Positions 9,988 through 20,299 are shown, numbered from the stretch's first letter. The stretch is DNA of 64,000 nt from an uncultured delta proteobacterium (GCA_963850305.1 CAWKKR010000008.1:352001-416000); one strand, 5' to 3'. A program made the numbers and translations. The notes: a model not told the origin generated them from the letters alone.

Positions 9988-10877
9988 AAAATCCGAACCG
10001 CCCCGCCCATTCCTCGCGACTCCGCAGTCTCGCTCGATCGTCGCTCCCCGCGTTCTGCGTCGCGGCCGCCCTCACGACGTCGGGCTGTCTCTTCGGGAGC
10101 CCCGGGCCGTCCAACGTCTCGCAGGGCGAACAGTATTCGTCGGGAGATGCAACCTTCGACCAGTTCTTCAGCCAGTTATTTTTGGTGCAACTCAAAATGG
10201 GCGAGGCGCCCGCGCGACAGAGCGCGATCCGCGCCCGGCTCGCCAGGGCCGGCGGCGTCGACGCCGCGGCGAGCACGAACGACATCTCCGCCGCGATCGA
10301 GACGCGCGACGCGAAGATCGCGATGTCCGGCGTCAAGTCCAAGATCGCGGCGACCGGCCTCGACGGAACGGGCCCCGCGACGGCGACCGTCGTCACGACG
10401 GGCAGCGGCGCGAGCGCCGACGACACCGAGTTTCTGGCCACACTCGACGCCTGCGTGAAGGACGAGGCCGCTCTTCTGTCGGATCTGCGAGCCAGCAAGC
10501 CGTCGATGGACGCCCTCGGCGCACAGGCGGCGACCCTGGAGCCCGGCATTGGCGCCACCTTCTACAAGGGCGGTGCGCCCAAGAAGGCCGAGGTGAGAAA
10601 GAACCTCGAGGACGCCGAGAAACTCATCCCGCTGATGGATACGCGCGACGATCAGGTCGCCGGGGACATCGTCGACATCCTGAAGAAGCTCGAGCACGCG
10701 CTGGGCACGACGACGCCTGCGCCAGTGCCGGAACCGACGGCCGCGCCCGAGCCCGCGAAGCCAGCCAGGAAATCTTCGTCATCGCACCCGTCCACGACGA
10801 GGACGACCGAGGCGCCAGCGCCGAAGCCTGCCGCCGAGAAGCCGCCGCCAGCGGCCTCCGACGGCTTCCAGCCTTGA
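9985..10877 (+). CDS. Hypothetical lipoprotein (start approximate)
   Basis: Lipobox AALTTSGC, helical body, Pro-rich tail; overlaps the upstream stop. Confidence 0.65.
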
Positions 10878-10884
10878 TCGGGAT

Positions 10885-12174
10885 TCAGTCGATCTTCTTC
10901 AAGGCCGCCAGAAACTGTTCGGCTTCGACGAAGTCCGTGTAGCGCGCGGCCTCGATGCCCTTCGAGTCGAAGATGACGACGGTGGGCAGCCCTTTGACAT
11001 CGAACTCCGACATCGCGCTCACGACCGCGGGATCGTCGTCGTTCGTCGCGTCCACCCTCACGGCCTCGAAGCGTCCTGCTTCGAGCTGCACGCGCTGCTC
11101 GGAGAACGTCACCTTGTCGAGCTCCTTGCACGCTCCGCACCATGCCGCGCCGAAATCCACGATGAGCGGGCGCCCGGCGCCGAGCGCCTTCGCGCGGGCG
11201 ACCTTCACGGGAACCTGTTCCCACACGAGCGTCCGCGCAGGCGTCGTCGCGCCGATGATGAAGAGCGCGCCCGCCAGGGACGTGAGCAGGACTCCGACGC
11301 CCTTCCTGGCCTTGTCTGCCGTGCCGCCTTCGAACGACCTGTGGATCGCCCCGAGGGCGATGCCGACAAACGCGACGCCGAGGGTCGCGCCGAGAAATGC
11401 GGGGGTCGGGCGCGCGACCTTTGCGAAGATCCCGAACGCGTTGTTCAAGAAATACAGCGCGACGATGACGAGAATGAGCCCGAGGACGCTCTTCACGTGG
11501 ACCATCCAGCGGCCGCTCTTCGGCAGCTGGACGGCGAACGCCCCGACCACGAAGAACGGCACGCCGAGACCGAGGGCGAACGCGCCCATCGCCGCGGCGC
11601 CGAACGCCGCGCTCTGCGTCTTCGTGATCCACGCGAGAATGCCGGTCAGAAAGGGCCCCGTGCAGGGCGCCGCGATCGGACCGCACGCGAGGCCGAGAGC
11701 GAACGCGCCGAGATAGCCCGTCCCGCCGATCTGGGCGAGCCGGTTCTTCAACGACGCGGGGATGTCGAGCTCGAACGCGCCGAACATGGCCGCGGCCATG
11801 ACGAGGAAAACGACGCTGATACCGGTCACGACCCACCGGCTCTGAAGGACCGCACCGGCCAGACTTCCCGTGAGCCCCGCAACAACGCCGAGCGGCACGA
11901 ACATCGCGATGATCCCACCGACGAACGCGGCCGAGAGCAGGGCCCCCTCGACGCGGCTCGACGTCTGGCGGGCGCCGAACACGCTCACCGTGATCGCGAT
12001 CATCGGGTAGACGCAGGGCGTGAGACTGACGAGGAGCCCGCTCGCGAACGCGGCGAGCCCGGCGTAAAGCGGGCCCTTCGCGAGCGCTTCTGCAAACGGG
12101 TTCGACGGCGCCGCGTGCGCCGTGCCTGCGAGCAGCAGCGCCACCGCGACGGTCGTCAAGGAACTCCGAGTCAT
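10885..12174 (-). CDS. dsbD: DsbD/CcdA family thiol:disulfide interchange protein with C-terminal thioredoxin domain
   Basis: SLTPCVYPMI and APCTGPFL transmembrane Cys pair, LPKSGRWM, thioredoxin WCGAC, GLPT cis-Pro. Confidence 0.88.
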   Translation of the reverse strand: MTRSSLTTVAVALLLAGTAHAAPSNPFAEALAKGPLYAGLAAFASGLLVSLTPCVYPMIAITVSVFGARQTSSRVEGALLSAAFVGGIIAMFVPLGVVAGLTGSLAGAVLQSRWVVTGISVVFLVMAAAMFGAFELDIPASLKNRLAQIGGTGYLGAFALGLACGPIAAPCTGPFLTGILAWITKTQSAAFGAAAMGAFALGLGVPFFVVGAFAVQLPKSGRWMVHVKSVLGLILVIVALYFLNNAFGIFAKVARPTPAFLGATLGVAFVGIALGAIHRSFEGGTADKARKGVGVLLTSLAGALFIIGATTPARTLVWEQVPVKVARAKALGAGRPLIVDFGAAWCGACKELDKVTFSEQRVQLEAGRFEAVRVDATNDDDPAVVSAMSEFDVKGLPTVVIFDSKGIEAARYTDFVEAEQFLAALKKID

Positions 12175-12207
12175 TGCCGGGCAGTATACGGCTGGAGGCT
12201 CCGTCCG

Positions 12208-12948
12208 CTACTTCTCCTTCATCAACCGGAGCATGCGCTTCGCGGAAGCGATTTCCGCCTGAAGACCCACGGCCAGCGCAACGCGGCCCGACGTCGTACG
12301 GTGGACGAAGCCCGTCAAGTATCGCCTCGCGGTAGGATGGTCGCCGTCGTGAAAGGCGAGCTCGCCGAGCACGAATTGACCGTAACCCTGGCCACACGCG
12401 GCGTCCTCCAGGGCCACGCGAAGTTCGGACAGATCTCCGGATTCCTCGCCCGCGGCGCGACGCGCGAGCGCGAGCTGCGCCAGATAGAGGGGCTTTGCGG
12501 TCGTGCCCCATCGGGCGGCGCGGGCCAGGGCTCCTGCCGCTTCACGGGGCCGCTCGAGCAAGTAGAGCGTCGTGCCGAGCGTCCATAAGTGGAACGCGCG
12601 CCGCGACGCCGGCGCGACCCGGCTCGCTATGCGAAGGTGCTCGATCGCCTGCTCCATTTCGGAAAGACCGAGACACGCCCGCGCCGCGTCCTGCCTCGCG
12701 ACGTCGGGCATGACCGCGGTTTCGACCATCTGCTCGGCCACGGCCAGCGCGTCCGCGAACCGTCGCCCTTCCATGTGCGCCAGGTAGAGCTGGCGCAACA
12801 GCATGGCCTGCGTGGTTCGGTCGGCTCCCGGTTGCGAGAGCCCGCGGGTCGCGTATTTGGCGCGAAGTCCCGCGGATCGTGCCAGTGTCGCCTTGCGGAG
12901 GAGTCCTACGGCGTTCGAAGCGGCTTCCACGGCCCGGATCTTCGGCAC
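12208..12948 (-). CDS. TPR-repeat protein (start uncertain)
   Basis: Helical TPR-like repeats (AARACLGLSEMEQAIEHL, LGTTLYLLERPREAAGAL, LGELAFHDGDHPTARRYL). Confidence 0.65.
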   Translation of the reverse strand: MPKIRAVEAASNAVGLLRKATLARSAGLRAKYATRGLSQPGADRTTQAMLLRQLYLAHMEGRRFADALAVAEQMVETAVMPDVARQDAARACLGLSEMEQAIEHLRIASRVAPASRRAFHLWTLGTTLYLLERPREAAGALARAARWGTTAKPLYLAQLALARRAAGEESGDLSELRVALEDAACGQGYGQFVLGELAFHDGDHPTARRYLTGFVHRTTSGRVALAVGLQAEIASAKRMLRLMKEK

Positions 12949-13118
12949 ACGTTCGAGAGTAGCAGCCGCTGTACACACGTCCAGTTTTCGGCGAAAGGTG
13001 GAACCCGGCGCGCGCGGGGCACCACGCGCGGAAGCCAGAGTGATCGGTCGTCTGCCGCGGTGCACCATCCGACAAGGATCGGTTGCGGTCCGGCGCCCTC
13101 GAACGTAACTCGAGCGTC

Positions 13119-13427
13119 GTGCGCAAGGTGGTCCAGCTAGCCCGAGCCGCAGCGGCCCTCGTGGCCCTCTTCACGTGTGTGGCGTGCGGGAAACCCGCGA
13201 CGCAAGCGGAATGCGACGAGATCGTTGGACGGATCGCGGAGCTCGAGCTCCGCGAATCCTCGAGCGCGAGCTCGGCCGAACTCGCGAAGCAAGTCGCGGA
13301 AACGAAGCTGGCTTTCGAGTCCAAGACGAAGCGCGAGTGCGTCGGAAAGCGGATCACGAAGCGCGCGCTCGGCTGCGTCCGGAACGCGAAGACGGCGGAG
13401 GAGATCGTTCACGAGTGCCTGAACTGA
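13119..13427 (+). CDS. Small Cys-rich helical lipoprotein
   Basis: Lipobox LFTCVAC then four spaced Cys; GTG start. Confidence 0.7.
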   Translation: MRKVVQLARAAAALVALFTCVACGKPATQAECDEIVGRIAELELRESSSASSAELAKQVAETKLAFESKTKRECVGKRITKRALGCVRNAKTAEEIVHECLN

Positions 13428-13732
13428 GCCGAGCCGTCGCAGTCGCGACCGCCAGCCTCGCTCTGCTCGCGCCGATCGCCTGTACGCGTCCGCTCGACGA
13501 AGGCGAGTGCCGAAAGTTGCTCGACCGCTACACGAAGTTCCTCGCCGAGGAGGAGAACCCCGCGCTCGTCCCGGCGGAGATCCAGAGAAAGCAGGCCGAG
13601 GCGCTCGCGCTGGCTCGGCGCGACCCGAGATTTCATTTTTCCGCGTGCGCGAAGCACGTGTCGCGCTCGAGCTACGAGTGCGCCATGAACGCATCCGGAG
13701 TCGACGCGATGGAACGCTGTCTGGTCTTCTGA
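13415..13732 (+). CDS. Small Cys-rich helical lipoprotein, paralog of the upstream gene
   Basis: Lipobox LLAPIAC and a similar Cys spacing to 13119-13427; overlaps its stop. Confidence 0.65.
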   Translation: MPELSRAVAVATASLALLAPIACTRPLDEGECRKLLDRYTKFLAEEENPALVPAEIQRKQAEALALARRDPRFHFSACAKHVSRSSYECAMNASGVDAMERCLVF

Positions 13733-13738
13733 GGAGCC

Positions 13739-14125
13739 ATGGAGCGCCTTCTCCTGATGATGAGCGGCGTCAGCGGCGCGCTCGGCGTGCTCCTCGGCGC
13801 GTTCGGCGCGCACGGTCTCAAGACCTTTCTCGCGGGCCTGGAGGACGGCGCAGAGCGGCGCGGCTTCTGGGAGACCGCCGCGCACTACCACCTGATCCAC
13901 GCGCTCGCGATTGGGCTCGCCGCGTACCTCGCCGGGAAGAACGGCGGCGGCGCCGCCACCGCGTCCGGGTTCTGCTTCCTCGCGGGGATCGTCTTGTTCA
14001 GCGGGAGCCTCTACGCGATGACGCTCACCGACATCCGCGCGCTGGGGGCCATCACGCCCATCGGCGGCGTCCTCTTCGTGGCAGGCTGGACCCTGCTCGC
14101 GATCGCGGCATACCGGCTGCCATGA
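13739..14125 (+). CDS. DUF423 family membrane protein
   Basis: GAFGAHGL, WETAAHYHLIHAL, LFSGSLY, GAITPIGG. Confidence 0.92.
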   Translation: MERLLLMMSGVSGALGVLLGAFGAHGLKTFLAGLEDGAERRGFWETAAHYHLIHALAIGLAAYLAGKNGGGAATASGFCFLAGIVLFSGSLYAMTLTDIRALGAITPIGGVLFVAGWTLLAIAAYRLP

Positions 14126-14925
14126 ACCCGGCGCAGGCGACGCTGTCGGTGACGCCCATCGGCGTTCTCCGGACCCCGTTTCCCGATCGCGCAAGCACGC
14201 CACGACAACCCACCGCCGCGCGGGGGACTCGGGGCAGGATCGAGCTGTTCGCCGATGGGCGTTTCGAGCACGCGCTGGAGGACCTCGACTCGTTCGGACA
14301 CATCTGGATCCTGTTCTGGTTTCATCTGAACGAGACCTGGCACTCGAAGGTCCTTCCGCCGCGGAGCACGCGGCGCCGGGGCGTGTTCGCCACGCGCTCG
14401 CCGTACCGACCGAACCCGATCGGTCTCAGCGTACTCCGTCTCGAGCGCGTGGAAGGCCTCGTGCTTCACGTCCTCGACGTGGATGCTATCGATCACACGC
14501 CCGTCCTCGATATCAAGCCGTATCTCCCGTACGCGGACGCCGTCCCCGAGGCCACTCACGGCTGGCTCGAAGCCCCGCTCGACGCCGGGCGCGCGACCGA
14601 TCCCGGCCGGGTGCACGCAGTTCATTTCTCGGAGGACGCGACCAGGCAGCTTGCCTTCTTGCGCGACAGATTCGAGATCGATCTGAGAGACCGCATCACT
14701 GCGGCTCTCGCGCTCGGCCCCTCCCCTCACCCTTATCGCCGCATCCGGAAGAGCGGCGACGGCTTCCGGCTCGCGGTGAAGGAGTGGCGTGTCGCGTTTC
14801 GACTGGAAGCTTCGACGGTGATCGTCGAACGCGTGCTTTCCGGCTATCGCCCGAGCGTGCTCTTTTCGTCCGACGCACCGGAGCTCGCGGCACACCGGGA
14901 GTACGTCGCGTCGTTCGGGGCTTGA
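14122..14925 (+). CDS. tsaA: tRNA m6t6A37 methyltransferase TrmO/TsaA
   Basis: ATGA overlap with DUF423; PIGVLRTPF..TPRQP, GVFATRSPYRPNPIGLS, DAIDHTPVLDIKPY. Confidence 0.92.
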   Translation: MNPAQATLSVTPIGVLRTPFPDRASTPRQPTAARGTRGRIELFADGRFEHALEDLDSFGHIWILFWFHLNETWHSKVLPPRSTRRRGVFATRSPYRPNPIGLSVLRLERVEGLVLHVLDVDAIDHTPVLDIKPYLPYADAVPEATHGWLEAPLDAGRATDPGRVHAVHFSEDATRQLAFLRDRFEIDLRDRITAALALGPSPHPYRRIRKSGDGFRLAVKEWRVAFRLEASTVIVERVLSGYRPSVLFSSDAPELAAHREYVASFGA

Positions 14926-14936
14926 GTCCCGCAGGT

Positions 14937-15918
14937 TCAAGCGCGCAGGCGATGCGTCGGTGCTTCCGGCTCGCTCTCGAGGAGACGGGCAAACGTCAAC
15001 AGCTCCGCCGCACAGGTCGCCAGCTCCGGACGATCGCTGGGGTCGGACGCCGTCAATGCTCGAATCAACCGTCGAAGCCCGGCCGGCAGATCGCCGAGCG
15101 CGCGCTGGAGCTCGAGCTCGGGCGCCCTCCGAACGAGCGCATGTTCCGTCGGCGTATAGCCCATGACGAACTCGTACAGAATGCAGCCCACTGCGTAGGC
15201 GTCCACCCGGTGATCGAAGTCTGACCCTACCCGACACTCCGGCGCCATGTACGTCCAGGTTCCGAAGGTGGAAAAGTCACCCTCTCCGTCGGCCAGACCC
15301 TGATCGAGCGGCTTCGCCGCGCCGAAGTCCAGAAGCACAACGCGTCCGTCATCGCAGACGAAGACGTTCTCTGGCTTCACGTCGGCATGCACGAAGCCCT
15401 GAGCGTGCAGATAACCGAGCGGTAAGCACAGCCGTTCGATGACGTGCAGCGCGGCCGCGAGGGCATCGACGCGGACCGCCGAACGCGTTTCGTCGGCGTT
15501 TCTGCGGCGTGCGTGGACGCTCGATTCGACGGGCTCCGCATCGACCCAACGGGTCTCCATGAAGTGGCGGAGCGAAGCGCCCTCGAGAAGCTCCATCGCA
15601 TACCAGGGGCTGTCGTCGGCGACGGAATGTTCATAGAGACGCACGACTCCTCCGTGACGAAGCCGGCCGAGCAGCATCACCTCCCGGGCGATCGTTTCGC
15701 GGAAGGTCGAGCTCTGGTCCCGCTCGATTCTTGACTGCACACCGAGCTCCGGTCCGGGTATCCGTGGCGACGTGAACGGCTCCAACACCGCCCGAGCCGA
15801 TTCGCTCTCCCACCCGGTAAGGGCCGAGATTCCTGCGGAAAGGCGCACCGGATCGGTCCTCGAAGATCGGGGGCTCGTCAGCCGTTCGTTCCGTCCTGGC
15901 GCCGTGCATCGCCCCCAT
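14937..15918 (-). CDS. Hanks-type Ser/Thr protein kinase, frameshifted near 15730 (error or pseudogene)
   Basis: N-lobe YRVGERIGSGGVGAV...AVK lies in one frame and IERDQ...REVMLLGRLRH...HADVKPEN...DFG...YMAPE in the next; one extra base in AAGAATC joins them. Confidence 0.82.
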
Positions 15919-16129
15919 CTTCGGGGTTTCCGCGACCCGGATCACCGCAAGTCTCCTTGCAGTACCCAAGCGCAGCCGGGCGGCCCGGCGTCGAGTCAGC
16001 GAATGATACGAAGAACCTTTGCCAAATTCGGCGTGCTCCGGTTCCAAAGAAAATATGCGCGCGGGCAATTGGATGGATGGGCCGATCGAGCCGTGATAAA
16101 CGTCGCGCTGAGGCGGACGGAGGCCAGGG

Positions 16130-16681
16130 ATGCGTGTACTCGTCGTTGAAGATGATGACCTCCTGCGCCGGTCGATAGGGAAGGCCGTTCGTTCCTGGGG
16201 CGCGGAGGTCTTCGAAGCTGCAACCGTCCGGGACGGCGTGGCGTTGCTCGAGCGCCATCCGGATCTTCTCGTCATGGACGTGCGGCTCGGCGATGGGACC
16301 GGACTCGACGTGGCCCGAGCTGCCGCGCGCACGCGACCCATTCCGTTGATGATCGCGATCAGCGGACAGGCGTTGCCCGAGGAAGCCTTCCAGCTCGCGC
16401 AGCTCGGCGTGCGCGGCTATCTGCCGAAACCACTCTCGCTCGACGACCTGCATGCGACGGTGACCGCCATCGCGCACCAACCGGTCGAACTGGCGGCGCA
16501 TGCCGCCGGGCAAGTCGGTCAGGAACCGTTCCAGGACGTGCAAGCCAATCTCCGGCGCACGATGGTGGAGCAGGCGCTGGCCCTCTCCGCCGGCAGTCGG
16601 ACCGGCGCCGCGCGCCTCCTCGGCGTCACGAGGCAGGCCGTCCAGCAGATGATCCGGGATTTATCGCTCGAGAAGTCGTGA
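16130..16681 (+). CDS. Response regulator (receiver + Fis-type HTH, no AAA+ domain)
   Basis: VLVVEDD, MDVRLGDGTG, ISG, YLPKP; C-terminal ALALSAGSRTGAARLLGVTRQAV. Confidence 0.9.
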   Translation: MRVLVVEDDDLLRRSIGKAVRSWGAEVFEAATVRDGVALLERHPDLLVMDVRLGDGTGLDVARAAARTRPIPLMIAISGQALPEEAFQLAQLGVRGYLPKPLSLDDLHATVTAIAHQPVELAAHAAGQVGQEPFQDVQANLRRTMVEQALALSAGSRTGAARLLGVTRQAVQQMIRDLSLEKS

Positions 16682-16715
16682 CAACTCAAATGAAAGTCAG
16701 CGGAGGGAAGTTTCT

Positions 16716-18132
16716 ATGCTCAAAGGCACCAAAGACCGTGGACCAACAGCCGCCAGGCGCTCGGCCCCGAAGCACAGTCGCTCGGCGAAAGCGAATGGCG
16801 CCGCCGCGGCGGCCGGCGCGAGAGCGAAGGTCCTGCAGGACGCGCTGACGCACGGCCCCGGACGCTACTGCGCGGTCGCGTTCTACGATCTCCCGGACTC
16901 TTCACCGGGCGCCCGGCGTGCCCTGTGGGAGGCACTCGCCGCGTTGATGGAGAACGCCGGCAAGGACGCGCCGCCCAATCGATACATCCTCGTGGGGGCC
17001 TCGGCGTCCGCGCTGGAGGGACATCCCGTGTACCGGAACGTGGCGGCAGGCGTAGATGCCTTCCGCGAGCGAATCGCGGCGTTCCCGCGTCTCATCATCC
17101 ATCAGCACGACGTCATGGTTCAAGTCGCGGCCGAGGCCGAGGAAGATCGAGTGAACGGCCTCCGGCTCGCGCACGACTACCTCGCTGGCCTCGCGGAGCT
17201 CGCGTGCGAGACGTTCGGGGGCCGGCTCTCGAACGATCGGGAAGCATTCGGGTACGTGGATGGGGTCGTCGCGAAGCCGATGAGAGCCAACTCCCGCTCG
17301 AAGGCCCCTGCCACGGCAGTCGACAGCTCCGCTGGCGCGCGCGAGCTGCTCGGGACGAAACCCGACGGCGGCGCATGGGTCCTTCATCAGCGCTTTCAGC
17401 AGGACGTCACCGCGTTCTCGCACCTCGAATCGGATCGGAAAAACGACGTGTTCGGCATCAAACCGAACGGGGACAAGATCCCCGAGCCGCCACCCAACGC
17501 GCACGTGACGCTCGCGCGGAAACTGAAGCCGGCGATGACCCGCCGAGGTTTCCCGTACCGTCGCGACGGCATCGAAGGGCTCGCGTTCGTGGCAGCCGCC
17601 GCGGACCCGACGGTGTTCGGCGACACGCTCGCGCAGATGTTCTCGCACAAGGATCGGCTGCTCCCGTTCGTTCGCGCCATCGAGGACACCGGGCTCTACT
17701 TCGCGCCGGCGGCGGCGACGCCACTGTCCGTCGCGAAGCCCGCACAACGACTCCCGGCGCTCGCGGTCACGTCGGACGATCCGGTCGTCGGGCGCACCGC
17801 TCCGCTCGTTCTCTATTCCGTCGCCGCCACGATCGCGACGTACGTCGATACCATCAAGGAGAATGGCTTCATCGACGACCTGCACGTGCTCGGCGAAGCC
17901 AAGATCGCCAGGAGGGTGCAGCCACTCGTGGAGCTCCTCCACCAAGTGTTGTCCGGCGGAAGGATTCGAGCGCTGCGATTGCAATGGGAAGCCCGGGGTC
18001 AGGTTGGTCAGCCCTGGACGCCCGGATGCCACGGTGACCGCTTCTCAGCTCGACGGGCTTCTGGATCGAGGCATGCAGGAAGCGAATGCAATCAACCTGC
18101 AGTCGGACGCGTACATCACGCTGGGCGGCTGA
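16716..18132 (+). CDS. Dyp-type peroxidase with a C-terminal extension of roughly 120 aa; +1 frameshift near 17965
   Basis: FGYVDG (GxxDG), PNAHV (proximal His), RRGFPY (distal Arg), GLAFVA. Removing one base at ATTCGAG gives ...GGRIERCDCNG...QEANAINLQSDAYITLGG*, whose TGA overlaps the next ATG. Confidence 0.75.
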
Positions 18133-19551
18133 TGTCCGCGAGCTTCACGGCCTGGCTCCTCGCTCTCGACCCGGACAAGCGACGAGCGACGAGTAGCCCA
18201 GCCTCGTGGATTGGGATCTTCCTGTCAGGCACGGTGGTCATGGCCATCGCGGGCCTGGTCCCCGTTTCGCGCGACTATTTCGGGCTTCGCTTCTGGCCGG
18301 CGTTCTGCATGTTCGTGCCGCCCATCGTCGTCGGCGCAGTGGGCGGTGACCTCGAGGCGAAGGGCCGGCTCGGACTTCGAGCCTATGGAACGACGCTCTT
18401 CGTGAACTCGGTCCTGTTTCAGCTCTACATGGGGTCGCTCGTGGCGTTCTCGCGCGCGCCGGGCGCCGCGCTGATGGGAGCGTTTCCCGTGCTGCTCGCT
18501 TGCTATCACGGGCATCTACTCCACTCGAGCCCCCGGCATCCGTACGGGACGGTCGCGACCACCCTGGCGCTCGCCGGCAATCTCGCTCTGAACCACGATC
18601 GCGAGCACCTCGTGCTGATGGCTTTGATTGCGCCCGCGTCCATCCTGGGAAGTCTGGTGCTCGGACAGTTCTCGGTTGCGAGCCGCCGCGAACGGGATGA
18701 GCGCATCGCGCTGCGACAGGCCGTCGACGCGCAGATACTGAGCGACCGCACCCGGGAGGTGGAGCGCGTCGCCGGCTCCGTGCTCCGACTTCGTGCGCAC
18801 AGCCACGACGCCGGAAATACGCTCTCGAGCACGCTCATCAATGCTCAGCTCCTGGTGGCCGCCCTCGAGAAGCACCAGCTCGAAGACGGCGATCGCGCGG
18901 AGGCGCTCGCATTGACCCGGGATTCTCTGGGAAGGGTTGAAGGTGATGAAGGCGCTCCTCGAGACCGCCCGCGAGGTCGGAATCGAGGAACAACTGTCGT
19001 TCGAGACCGTCGACCTCGAGCGCGTTCTGCGTCGCGTGGTCGCACAGATCAATGCCCGCTACACCCAGTCGACGTTCTCGATTCACTTCGAGGGCGGGCT
19101 CTCGGCCTGTCGTGTGTCGGTGTCGGGCGGCGAGACGTCCCTCGATCGCATGCTCGGCAATCTCGTGCTCAACGCCGCTCAAGGGAACGGGGCGGAGACG
19201 GCGAGTCACGTCGACGTCGCCGTCTCGTCCGGCAAGGCTCCCGGACAGGTGTGTATCCTCGTGGGAGACGACGGCCCGGGGTTCAGCCAAGCTCAGCTGG
19301 ACGCGCAGCTATCCGGGTTCACGACGACGAAGGTCGGTGGAACGGGGCTCGGTCTATACACGACCGACCGATTGGCGCGCGCCAGCCGTGGCTCCATCGC
19401 GCGGGCCAACCGTGGCACCGGGGGAGCGATCGTCGCGCTCGATTTGAACCTCGCAAGAACGGCGGCGGCAGAGGATGCCGGGCCAGCCTACGTCCCGCGC
19501 GGTCCGAACGGCGAACGCCGTGCCGCGTCGCCGGCGTCCGCGCGGTCATGA
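18132..19551 (+). CDS. Polytopic membrane sensor histidine kinase; +1 frameshift near 18930
   Basis: TGATG-coupled start, about 6 hydrophobic segments, H-box HSHDAGNTLS; after a G-run frameshift NLVLNA, DDGPGF, FTTTK, GTGLGL. Confidence 0.85.
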
Positions 19552-20279
19552 AGCCCGAAGAGCAGATCGCGGCGCGCGCCCTCGAGCTCGCGGGCCACTC
19601 CCGACTCGGAGCGGAAGTCACACGCGATCTTGCGGCGTCCTTTCGCGGCGCGGATCCCCAGTTCTGTCGCTTCCTGTGGACCGCGGGGCTCGACGCAGGC
19701 CTCGACCCCGACGAGCTGCTTGCCCGATGCTCGACGATTTTCTTTCAGTACGTCGCGGTTCAGGTCTCGGACGATCTTTCGGACGGCGACTGCACCTATC
19801 TGACCGAACCCGGCAAGGTAGGTCCGGTGGTGCTGTTGCTCCTGCAGCACCTCTTCTATCACGGAGCGCTGATGTCCCGCATCCCACGCGACACGCTCGC
19901 AGGAGTCGCGAGGCGCTTTCTCCGGGTCGGCGCCGCTCAGCGGATAGAGTTACGAACGAGAGAATGGGGTCTCGCGAACGCACGCAACGCTGCGGCGGGG
20001 CTCAACGCCGCGCAATTCAGCGCGTACCTGGAGCTCCTCTGGTGGGGAACTCCGCTTGCGGCCCGCGCGGAGAGCGTCGGCAAACATCTCGGCATCGCCG
20101 TCCACGTCGCGAGCGACGCGCGTTCGAGAGACCGACGCTTCACCTCGCTGAGCACGCGAGATCGAAAAACCCTTCTCCGCTGGGCCGCCGCATCCGCAAA
20201 GGTGCTCCGGGCGGAGCATCTCCAGTCACTCGATCGAGTGTTGCCCACCGTTCTTTCGTCGCTGAACGACGGAGCGTGA
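19548..20279 (+). CDS. Class 1 isoprenoid-synthase-fold protein, ComQ-like prenyltransferase
   Basis: ATGA-coupled to the kinase; 243 aa, apparently all-helical; first Asp-rich motif QVSDDLSDGD, GAAQRIEL helix, degenerate second motif GIAVHVASDARSRD. Confidence 0.68.
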   Translation: MKPEEQIAARALELAGHSRLGAEVTRDLAASFRGADPQFCRFLWTAGLDAGLDPDELLARCSTIFFQYVAVQVSDDLSDGDCTYLTEPGKVGPVVLLLLQHLFYHGALMSRIPRDTLAGVARRFLRVGAAQRIELRTREWGLANARNAAAGLNAAQFSAYLELLWWGTPLAARAESVGKHLGIAVHVASDARSRDRRFTSLSTRDRKTLLRWAAASAKVLRAEHLQSLDRVLPTVLSSLNDGA

Positions 20280-20299
20280 CGCGGACGCGTTTTTTTGCC

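Noticed and set aside
16716..16830. Tat signal on the DyP peroxidase
   Set aside because: ARRSA lacks the RRxFL consensus and a proper hydrophobic h-region.
17863..18132. Cys/Ser/Thr-rich 89-aa ORF as a RiPP precursor
   Set aside because: Its Cys/Ser-rich first third is the shifted shadow of the DyP frame, and no YcaO, LanM or radical SAM genes are nearby; only the distal part looks genuinely coding.
16716..20279. 1187-aa peroxidase-kinase-prenyltransferase fusion ORF
   Set aside because: Two +1 frameshifts are cancelled by two overlapping stop/start junctions; the kinase ATPase domain lies in another frame and the linking stretches read as Arg-rich shadow translation.
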